64,000 nucleotides of DNA from Bacteroidales bacterium (GTDB lineage Bacteria > Bacteroidota > Bacteroidia > Bacteroidales > ML635J-15), in NCBI GenBank assembly GCA_016937855.1, contig JAFGVU010000003.1:50541-114540 (forward strand), read 5' to 3'. The position numbers were made by a program, and so were the translations under genes. Numbering within the stretch: position 1 is the stretch's first letter; each line of letters starts with the position of its first letter. Shown here one piece after another: positions 30,855 through 38,438 of the stretch. Below the pieces are notes generated by a model. That model did not search any database, was not told where the DNA came from, and saw only the letters and a list, made by a program, of their open reading frames with translations.

Positions 30855-32387
30855 ATGAAAACAAAACCACGTTTAAGTTTTTGGCAAATCTGGAACATGA
30901 GTTTCGGATTTTTGGGGATACAGTTCGGATTTGGTTTGCAAAATGCAAATGTCAGTAGAATTTTTCAGACTCTTGGAGCTGAAATGGATAGTATCCCAAT
31001 ATTGTGGATAGCTGCTCCAATAACAGGATTGATAATTCAGCCAATAATCGGACATTTTAGCGACAATACATGGACAAGGTTAGGACGACGAAGACCATAT
31101 TTTTTAGCGGGGGCAATATTTGCATCAATTGGTTTAATAATAATGCCAAATTCTCCGGCATTGTGGATTGCTGCAGGAATGTTGTGGATTATGGATGCTT
31201 CTATTAATATTTCGATGGAGCCTTTTAGAGCATTTGTTGGCGACCTTTTACCCGACGAGCAAAGAACCAAAGGTTTTGCTATGCAAAGTTTCTTTATTGG
31301 AACAGGTGCTGTTGTTGCATCTGCATTGCCATATATTTTAACTAATTTACTGGGTATTGATAATACTGCACCCGAAGGAGTTATTCCGCCATCTGTAAAG
31401 TGGGCATTTTATACTGGTGCAGCAGTTTATTTTATTGCAGTTTTAGTGACTGTTATAACGACGAAAGAGTATTCCCCAGAAGAAGTTCAAGAGTTTGAAG
31501 CAGCAAATGAGGCAAAACGTAAAGAGCAAAATTATTCAGACGATTATGCAAAAACAAGCTCTTATGCAAAAATTAGTTTGGTGTTTGCAATATTAGGGAT
31601 AGCAACTTTTGCATTTGTATATTTTAATAGTCTCGAAAAGGAAATTTACATATTGGCATCTATACTCATTTTGTTTTCTATCTTAATGTTGATTAGTTGG
31701 GCGATGAGAAAGTACAAGCAAGCAAAAAATGGACTTGTTGAGGTTTTTTCCGATTTGATTAAAATGCCCGGTACGATGAAACAACTGGCTGTAGTTCAAT
31801 TTTTTACATGGTTGGCTCTTTTTGCAATGTGGATATACTCTACTGCCGCCATAACAGATCATATTTATGGTGCTGCAGATACAAAGTCAGCTCTATACAA
31901 CGATGGTGCTGATTGGGTAGGAGTATTGTTTGGCGTTTATAATGGCGCAGCTGCATTATTCGCCTTTTTATTGCCAATTTTAGCCAGATGGACATCTCGA
32001 AAACTAACTCACATGATTTGTCTGATTATTGGTGGTATTAGTCTTGCATCGATATACTTTTTTAATAATCCCGATTGGTTAATTGTTCCAATGATCGGTG
32101 TAGGGCTTGCTTGGGCAAGTATTCTATCTATGCCTTATGCTATTCTTACCGCGGCATTGCCGGAACACAAAATGGGAATTTATATGGGGATATTTAATTT
32201 CTTTATCGTTTTACCTCAAATTTTAGCAGCAACAATTCTTGGAGCAATGACTAAACATTTATTCGATCAACACGCTATTTATACGCTTATTTTTGGTGGT
32301 GTGATGATGATAATTGCCGGTATCTCGACTCTTTTTGTTAATGATGTTGGCGAGAAGTATTTGCAAAAACCAAACGAGGTTGTGTAA
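30855..32387 (+). CDS. SLC45/GPH-type MFS sugar:cation symporter (maltose/maltodextrin transporter-like)
   Basis: About 12 hydrophobic segments. The GHFSDNTWTRLGRRRPYF motif is typical of GPH/SLC45 glycoside symporters. It lies directly downstream of the GH13 gene. The track start 30852 is TTG; the ATG is at 30855. Confidence 0.75.
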   Translation: MKTKPRLSFWQIWNMSFGFLGIQFGFGLQNANVSRIFQTLGAEMDSIPILWIAAPITGLIIQPIIGHFSDNTWTRLGRRRPYFLAGAIFASIGLIIMPNSPALWIAAGMLWIMDASINISMEPFRAFVGDLLPDEQRTKGFAMQSFFIGTGAVVASALPYILTNLLGIDNTAPEGVIPPSVKWAFYTGAAVYFIAVLVTVITTKEYSPEEVQEFEAANEAKRKEQNYSDDYAKTSSYAKISLVFAILGIATFAFVYFNSLEKEIYILASILILFSILMLISWAMRKYKQAKNGLVEVFSDLIKMPGTMKQLAVVQFFTWLALFAMWIYSTAAITDHIYGAADTKSALYNDGADWVGVLFGVYNGAAALFAFLLPILARWTSRKLTHMICLIIGGISLASIYFFNNPDWLIVPMIGVGLAWASILSMPYAILTAALPEHKMGIYMGIFNFFIVLPQILAATILGAMTKHLFDQHAIYTLIFGGVMMIIAGISTLFVNDVGEKYLQKPNEVV

Positions 32388-32460
32388 ACTTTAGTTTCTT
32401 ATCCGAATTTTGTGCACATTTTTATTGAACGAATTAATGAGACCCGATAAAAACTCTTTA

Positions 32461-32610
32461 ATGTATAAGTCCTACGGACTAAAGAGACTTATGGTTTTAG
32501 CAGTTTACTGATGTATAAGTCCTACGGACTAAAGAAACTTATGGGTTTAGCGCTTTACTGATGTATAAGTCCTACGGACTAAAGAAACTTATGGGTTTAG
32601 CTCTTTACTG
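32461..32610. repeat. Tandem array of 3 copies of a 50-bp hairpin unit related to the 13.3-kb array
   Basis: Unit is ATGTATAAGTCCTACGGACTAAAGAAACTTATGGGTTTAGCGCTTTACTG, with copies starting at 32461, 32511 and 32561. It contains AGTCC-TAC-GGACT and the alternative pairing ATAAGT...ACTTAT. Confidence 0.9.
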
Positions 32611-32825
32611 ATTTCGCTTAGCGAATATACATTATTATACCATCCCAGATTAGTAAATTTTATAAGTCATAAAAATATTGGACTAATTACATTTGGTATA
32701 ATTTGTTGTAATCCGACAAATCAAAGAGTCTTAAAAATTGGCAAAAAAATAAATGTAAATTCTATTTTGCTAATAATTTTTTTTGATGTATTATTACATT
32801 TATAAAATTTAATAAAAAACAAAAC

Positions 32826-33278
32826 ATGGAAATTAAAAACGGAACCCTTGTAACCCTTGAATACGACTTGTATGTAGAAGGATTTGATGGAGAGCTTATT
32901 GAGTCTGTAACAAGTGACGAACCAGCAGTTTTTCTTTGTGGAAATGAAGAAATGCTTGAAACTTTCGAAGAAAAATTGATCGGACTTAAAGCCGGTGATA
33001 GTTTTAAATTTAGCCTTACTAAAGAGCAAGCTTATGGGGATGAAGATGACGAAGCTTACGCAGAATTCCCTAAAGATGTTTTTACTGATGGTGATGGACA
33101 ACTTCCTGAAGTAGGAGATTATGTGCCAATGGAAGACGAAGATGGAACTGTTTTCGATGGTGTTGCTATCGAAATTACTGACGACTTCGTAATTATTGAT
33201 TTTAATCATCCGCTAGCAGGCGAAGATCTTTATTTTACAGGCAAAATAATTAAAGTGGAAGACGCTCCAGCTGAGTAA
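32826..33278 (+). CDS. slyD: FKBP-type peptidyl-prolyl cis-trans isomerase, SlyD-like
   Basis: MEIKNGTLVTLEYDLYVEG...LIGLKAGDSFKFSL...AYGDEDDEAY...DFNHPLAGEDLYFTGKII matches SlyD-type FKBP with an insert-in-flap domain. Confidence 0.85.
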   Translation: MEIKNGTLVTLEYDLYVEGFDGELIESVTSDEPAVFLCGNEEMLETFEEKLIGLKAGDSFKFSLTKEQAYGDEDDEAYAEFPKDVFTDGDGQLPEVGDYVPMEDEDGTVFDGVAIEITDDFVIIDFNHPLAGEDLYFTGKIIKVEDAPAE

Positions 33279-33302
33279 TAATAAAATGTATCTTTTATAG
33301 TA

Positions 33303-33333
33303 AAGCAGTTTCTTTTTTGGAGCTGCTTTTTTA
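33303..33333 (+). terminator. Rho-independent terminator of slyD
   Basis: AAGCAG-(14-nt loop)-CTGCTT followed by a T run, about 25 nt after the stop. Confidence 0.55.
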
Positions 33334-33357
33334 TTGGTTAAAACAGTTTTTACAAAA

Positions 33358-33608
33358 TGACCTAAACTATTGTTAGGGCAAACTGATGTTTTTTGTCTGC
33401 TCCACACTAAAGGTTGAGTAGACGCTAATTACAACACATTAGCATTTTTACGAGTCTGAAGGACTTATTTATTTTAACCCTGACTGAACGCAGTGAAAGT
33501 CGGGGAATAAATGCGCCACTAAATCTCTTTTGGCGTATGCTTTTGGTGCGTAAGCAATCCAAAAGCCATGACAAAAGAAAAAGTATGCTTTTGACCTAAA
33601 CCATTGTT
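33358..33608. repeat. 17-bp direct repeats (TGACCTAAAC[T/C]ATTGTT) flanking a 217-bp hairpin-rich non-coding segment
   Basis: DR copies lie at 33358-33374 and 33592-33608 (16/17 identical). Internal hairpins are ATTTATT..CCCTGACT-(loop)-AGTCGGGGAATAAAT and GCTTTTGG-(loop)-CCAAAAGC. Confidence 0.6.
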
Positions 33609-33619
33609 TTAAAAATAAC

Positions 33620-33627
33620 TACCTTTG
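33620..33627 (+). promoter_or_regulatory. Candidate -7 promoter box TACCTTTG (TAnnTTTG)
   Basis: Exact match to the Bacteroidetes -7 consensus, 28 nt upstream of ATG 33655. No well-spaced -33 TTTG was found. Confidence 0.35.
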
Positions 33628-33654
33628 TGCTTTAATAGTTTAATTGCACTGCAA

Positions 33655-34374
33655 ATGAAAAAAAGAGATCAAGAGGAAATGATGGCAAAAATGCGGGAGA
33701 TTGCGCTGCAAAATCCTGAGAATATCAGAATAATTGAAACCAGTGTCGATGCCAATGTTCAGATAGAGTTTTTTGAAACTTTGCAAAGACTCGCCGATAT
33801 TGATGAAGAATATAATATCGAAGCGCTTTTTAGCGAATTAAATTGTGAAGAAACTGCTTTAGATAGAAAAAAAGATATTCTTGCTACGCTTACTTCATTA
33901 GGTGAGGTAGAGAGTTTTAGATTACTCGAAGATTATCTAAAAATTGCAAATGATGAAATCAAAACCTGGGCTTTTTTAGCTTGTCAGCAAGGACGAATGT
34001 TTCTAGAATCTAAATTACTTGAGGAATCCAAAATTTATATAGCATCAGGTCTCGGTGGTAGTGATTATAAATTAAGATATATTTTCGCGTTTGCATCTGT
34101 AAATGAAGATTTTTCTGAATCTCAAAAAGGTGTTGTTAAAGGCGAGATTGAGTATTTTCTTAAAAAAGATGACGGAGAAATCGAGAATGTCAATTTCCTA
34201 AATAAATATGTAATCTGTACAGCATTAGTGCCTCTTTATGTAGATTTAGTTGAATTAATTCAACAAATTGTTGAGGAGATTAACCAATATGGCAGCTTTT
34301 TACGCGAAAATGTTTTTCTAACTAATGAAAAAATGGTTAATGTGGTTGAATTAAATGAAATATTTGATAAATAG
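33655..34374 (+). CDS. Hypothetical protein (239 aa from ATG 33655)
   Basis: Long ORF with coding-like composition and no motif I recognise. The track start 33625 is a TTG lying inside the candidate promoter box. Confidence 0.5.
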   Translation: MKKRDQEEMMAKMREIALQNPENIRIIETSVDANVQIEFFETLQRLADIDEEYNIEALFSELNCEETALDRKKDILATLTSLGEVESFRLLEDYLKIANDEIKTWAFLACQQGRMFLESKLLEESKIYIASGLGGSDYKLRYIFAFASVNEDFSESQKGVVKGEIEYFLKKDDGEIENVNFLNKYVICTALVPLYVDLVELIQQIVEEINQYGSFLRENVFLTNEKMVNVVELNEIFDK

Positions 34375-34380
34375 CCAATT

Positions 34381-35085
34381 ATGAATGAACAAATCGTAAA
34401 AATTGATCAGTCGTGGTATAAAGAGCTTAAAGATGAGTTTAAAAAAGACTATTTCGATAATTTACGAAGGTTTATTTTGCAAGAAAAATCACAATATATG
34501 GTTTTCCCTCGCGGTTCTCAAATTTTTTCAGCCTTTAATCTTACGCCGATCGATAAGGTAAAACTCGTTATAATAGGACAGGATCCATATCACGGCCAGG
34601 GACAAGCTCACGGATTGTGTTTTTCTGTTCAGCCAGGGGTTAAAATTCCACCATCCTTGTTAAATATTTATAAAGAACTTAAGACAGATTTAGATTTTAA
34701 AATACCTAATCATGGTAACCTGGAATACTGGGCTGAACAAGGAGTCTTTCTAATAAATGCTACATTGACAGTACGGGCAAATAGTGCAGGGTCGCATCAA
34801 AATAAAGGATGGGAAATATTTACCGATACAGTAATTAGAAAGCTAAATGATAAATGCAATAATCTGGTCTTTCTACTTTGGGGACGATATGCTCAAGCAA
34901 AGGAAAAAATTATTGATCCATCAAAACATCTAGTGCTCAAAGCTGCACATCCATCACCACTAAGCGCATATAACGGTTTTTTTGGCTGTAAACATTTTTC
35001 TAAATCAAATGATTATCTTCAAAATCATGGTAAAAAACCAATAGACTGGCAGATTCCAATTTATGATGCTACGACTTTGTTTTGA
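34381..35085 (+). CDS. ung: Uracil-DNA glycosylase (family 1)
   Basis: Motifs GQDPYHGQGQAHGLCFSV, PPSLLNIYKEL, GVFLINATLTV and AAHPSPLSA. Confidence 0.95.
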   Translation: MNEQIVKIDQSWYKELKDEFKKDYFDNLRRFILQEKSQYMVFPRGSQIFSAFNLTPIDKVKLVIIGQDPYHGQGQAHGLCFSVQPGVKIPPSLLNIYKELKTDLDFKIPNHGNLEYWAEQGVFLINATLTVRANSAGSHQNKGWEIFTDTVIRKLNDKCNNLVFLLWGRYAQAKEKIIDPSKHLVLKAAHPSPLSAYNGFFGCKHFSKSNDYLQNHGKKPIDWQIPIYDATTLF

Positions 35086-35620
35086 AACTAATCTTATCAA
35101 TAATCAAATCTGAAATCTCCTCTAAGCTGAGATTCTTAATATTTATCAAGAGATCTGCTTTCATATAGGAATTTTTGAAATATTCGCAATCCTCTCTAAT
35201 TTTATTCAGATATCCCGCTCTTTTATAATCATCCATAATCTCAATAATTGGATTGGAGTCTTTATCATAAAATTCTAGCCTGTTAAGTACATTAACATGA
35301 GAGTCCTTTAAGCAAATTGAAATTAAATCTTTTTTCTTGTGCTTTCGATACACTTTTAGATAAGAAAATTTTAATCCGGAAGGTGTTCCGGCGATTACAC
35401 AATCATTGTGCTTAGAAAATAGCATATCTAAAACAACGCTTCCTTTCTTTCTATAATCATTCATTGTAAGACACTCATCTTGTATTCTTTCAATTGGAGA
35501 ACCATAATAATACTGAATCTCAAGATCCAAATCAAAAAAAGAAAAGCCTAATTTTTGAGCAACCAATTTTCCTATTGTTGTTTTGCCAACGCAACTAATT
35601 CCAACAAAATATAATATCAT
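35069..35620 (-). CDS. P-loop kinase, shikimate-kinase-like family
   Basis: MILYFVGISCVGKTTIGKLVAQKLGFSFFDLDLEI resembles the AroK N-terminus (GxxxxGKT...D.D). The remainder is diverged, so I do not assign aroK. Its 3' end overlaps ung by 17 nt (convergent). Confidence 0.5.
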   Translation of the reverse strand: MILYFVGISCVGKTTIGKLVAQKLGFSFFDLDLEIQYYYGSPIERIQDECLTMNDYRKKGSVVLDMLFSKHNDCVIAGTPSGLKFSYLKVYRKHKKKDLISICLKDSHVNVLNRLEFYDKDSNPIIEIMDDYKRAGYLNKIREDCEYFKNSYMKADLLINIKNLSLEEISDLIIDKISFKTKS

Positions 35621-35648
35621 TGCGACTTTGTTTCATTTTTTTTGAATT

Positions 35649-38300
35649 CTACAAGCTAATTATTGGAATAGTTAAATAAAAGCAGCTTCCTTTTCCAATT
35701 TCTGATTCTACCTCTATTGTACCATCCAAAATTTCGGCATAAGCCTGACAAATAGAAAGACCTAAACCAGAACCTCTTGATATTGCCGAGAGTTTATTTT
35801 CAACTTGTACAAATCTATTAAAAATTTTGTCGATATTTTCTTGACTTATTCCTATGCCTGTATCTTTTACCCAAAACCGCACAAAAGTGTCCGATATTTG
35901 TTCATAACCAATCTCGACGTATCCACTTTCTGTAAATTTTAGTGCATTGGATATAAAGTTTGCTAGGATTTGTTTTAGTTTGATTGGATCGGATATGCCA
36001 TTTATGGTATTTTGGGAGATGTTATCGGCAATGCATAAAACTGTATTAGGATTTTTGGCAAACATCCCCTGCATTTGTGCGTGCAGATTTTTTATAAAAC
36101 TGTTTACTTCAAAACTAACGAGTTTTTTTGTAATTATCCCAGCCTCAATTTTAGATATTTCAATTATATCGTCAAGAATTAGTAATAGTTGATTACAACT
36201 GTTTTCGATTATTTCGAGATATTCGTTTTTTTCTGAATTGGATATATCATCTTTTAAGAGTTCTGTAAAACCAAGAATCCCATTCATTGGAGTTCTTATC
36301 TCGTGCGAAAGATTACTTAAGAAAGCTGATTTTAACTTGTCGCTTTCTTCTGCTTTTCTTTTTGCATCCTCTAAATCTTTTATAAGATACATTCTTTCCG
36401 AAATATTTCTAATAACAGTCAGAACGGTATCTTCTTTGAAGAAAACCATTTTTGCATCAAAAAATTCTGTTTTGTAGTTAATGTCAAGTTCATATTGAAA
36501 TTTAGCCATTTTTTTAGTTTCGAGAACTTCTTTTATTTTCTCAAGAGCTTTGTCCGATAAGTCTTTTCTAAGGAAATTTGAGATTTTATTGTTTAAGAAG
36601 TTTTCGGGAATTTCTACAAGTTGAGAAACGGAGTTCGAGTAATAATCAAGGACAACTCCATCCTTATCAAAAGTAAAAAGCATATCAGGCAAAGCAGATA
36701 AAAGAGTTTCTTTATGTAGGTTTAGCGATTCGGCTCTGGCTTTTGCTTCAAGAATTTCCTGTTCTGCTTTTTTGCGCGCCGAAATGTCGTGATAGATAGA
36801 TTGATAAGTCCCATCAGGCATCATTTTTGTATGCATTTCGATTGGAATAATTGTACCATCAGGTCGCAAAACTTCGCGTTCATTAATAATTGTTTTTCCT
36901 TTTTTGAGTAGATCAAAATTTAGTGGGTTTCTTTTTAGGCTTTCTTCGGTAAAGAATCCATCACCAATGTGTTTACCAACAATGCTTTTCCTCGCTTTGC
37001 CTAGTAGGCTGCACATATAGCTATTGGCTTCTGTAATAATTCCGTCGCTAGTTCCGATTAAAATCCCGCCAACAGCAAAATCTATCAATTCGCGATATTT
37101 TCTTTCACTCTCTTTTAAGCTTTTTTCACTTTCTTTACGATCTGTTATGTCACGCAATACAGCAATTACTACTCTTTTGTCAAAGTAAGTGCCAGGAACA
37201 AGGGTTACTTCAACGGGAACAATGGTGCCGTCAGATTTTTTGCCATAGTACTCGAGAATCTCTCTTTGTCCATTATATGCCGATTTAATCTGATTGAATA
37301 TTTGGTCAAAATCATTTCTATTGTCGAATCCAATATCTCTAGGGTTTTTGCCGTTTAAGTACTCTACATTATAACCAAAGAGCAGCTCGGCAGTTTTGTT
37401 AATATCAATAAATTTTCCATCTATATCCTGAATAAAAATGGCTTCGGAAATTGAATTGAGCATCCCGCGGTATGTTACTTCTGATAGTTTTAGTGTTTTT
37501 TCTGTTTCCTTCCTTTCTGTAATATCTGTAATGACTGTTAAAAGAAATGTTTCTTCGTCTTGTTTGTATGGAACAGTGATTACTTCAACATTTATCGGAT
37601 TGCCCGAAACGGTTAGGAAAACTTCTTCGGTTAAATTAGCATGGGAAAATTCTTTAAGAATTCTTTTTATTCTTCCTTTTGTGTATTCATGATAGTCGGG
37701 ATGAACAAATTTAAAGATATCTTGTCCCAAAAGGTCGCGTTGGCTTCTTGCTTTAATTAAATCTACCGCGTACTCATTAGCATATAAAATTTTGTTTTCT
37801 TTGTGAATAACAATGCCATTAGGAAGTAATTCAATTAACCTGCTATATTTTAATTTGCTTTCAGATAGCTCTTTCTCCTTTATTTTTTGCTTAGTAATAT
37901 TTTCAACTGTTCCTTCGTAGAAAATAATTTTTCCGCTACTGTCTCTTGTGCACTGAGCACTTTCTCGAATAAAAATATCCTCACCGGTTTTAGTTTTCCA
38001 AACAGCTTCCTGTCCAATAATAAGACCTTCATTCTCTATTCTCTTTTGAAATTTTTTGCGTTCATTTTTAGAAATAAGTTTGTTTTGATTGAGATTGTGC
38101 GAGCGAAGTTCATCAAATGTAGTAAATCCTAACATCTTTATTAATGGACTATTTGCCATTAGAATTTCCCCATCGGGATTTGTTCTATACAGTCCTATTG
38201 TCGTATTGTTATATATCTCTTTAATCCTATCAAGTTCACTTTGCAGATACGAGTTTTCTTGTTCTAATTTTTGAATTTTGCTTAATAGCTCCTTGTCCAT
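35649..38300 (-). CDS. Cytoplasmic multi-PAS sensor histidine kinase
   Basis: N-terminal coiled coil, at least four PAS/PAC-like modules (...DITERK..., ...DITDRK..., ...HDISARK...), H-box SNLSHEIRTPMNGILGF, and an HATPase_c domain (DTGIGI...GSGLGLSICQ). No TM segments and no adjacent receiver. Confidence 0.9.
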   Translation of the reverse strand: MDKELLSKIQKLEQENSYLQSELDRIKEIYNNTTIGLYRTNPDGEILMANSPLIKMLGFTTFDELRSHNLNQNKLISKNERKKFQKRIENEGLIIGQEAVWKTKTGEDIFIRESAQCTRDSSGKIIFYEGTVENITKQKIKEKELSESKLKYSRLIELLPNGIVIHKENKILYANEYAVDLIKARSQRDLLGQDIFKFVHPDYHEYTKGRIKRILKEFSHANLTEEVFLTVSGNPINVEVITVPYKQDEETFLLTVITDITERKETEKTLKLSEVTYRGMLNSISEAIFIQDIDGKFIDINKTAELLFGYNVEYLNGKNPRDIGFDNRNDFDQIFNQIKSAYNGQREILEYYGKKSDGTIVPVEVTLVPGTYFDKRVVIAVLRDITDRKESEKSLKESERKYRELIDFAVGGILIGTSDGIITEANSYMCSLLGKARKSIVGKHIGDGFFTEESLKRNPLNFDLLKKGKTIINEREVLRPDGTIIPIEMHTKMMPDGTYQSIYHDISARKKAEQEILEAKARAESLNLHKETLLSALPDMLFTFDKDGVVLDYYSNSVSQLVEIPENFLNNKISNFLRKDLSDKALEKIKEVLETKKMAKFQYELDINYKTEFFDAKMVFFKEDTVLTVIRNISERMYLIKDLEDAKRKAEESDKLKSAFLSNLSHEIRTPMNGILGFTELLKDDISNSEKNEYLEIIENSCNQLLLILDDIIEISKIEAGIITKKLVSFEVNSFIKNLHAQMQGMFAKNPNTVLCIADNISQNTINGISDPIKLKQILANFISNALKFTESGYVEIGYEQISDTFVRFWVKDTGIGISQENIDKIFNRFVQVENKLSAISRGSGLGLSICQAYAEILDGTIEVESEIGKGSCFYLTIPIISL

Positions 38301-38438
38301 TTTCTCCCTTAATTAGTTTGCTTAATGCAACAAATTTACAATTTATTTTATTGAATTAACGTTAATCTGTTGAAAAAGAAAATTATAATTATATGAAGAT
38401 GTTACTTATTTTGTAAAATTTGCAAAAAATGATGTGAT

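Noticed and set aside
32721-33209. 162-aa minus-strand ORF antisense to slyD. Similar antisense or shadow ORFs occur at 49204-49575, 50337-50696, 5259-5570, 2894-3154 and 45945-46229, among others.
   Set aside because: Each lies entirely inside a confidently identified gene on the other strand or in another frame. Their sequences are low-complexity or odd in composition with no recognisable motifs, which is typical of shadow ORFs in AT-rich DNA.
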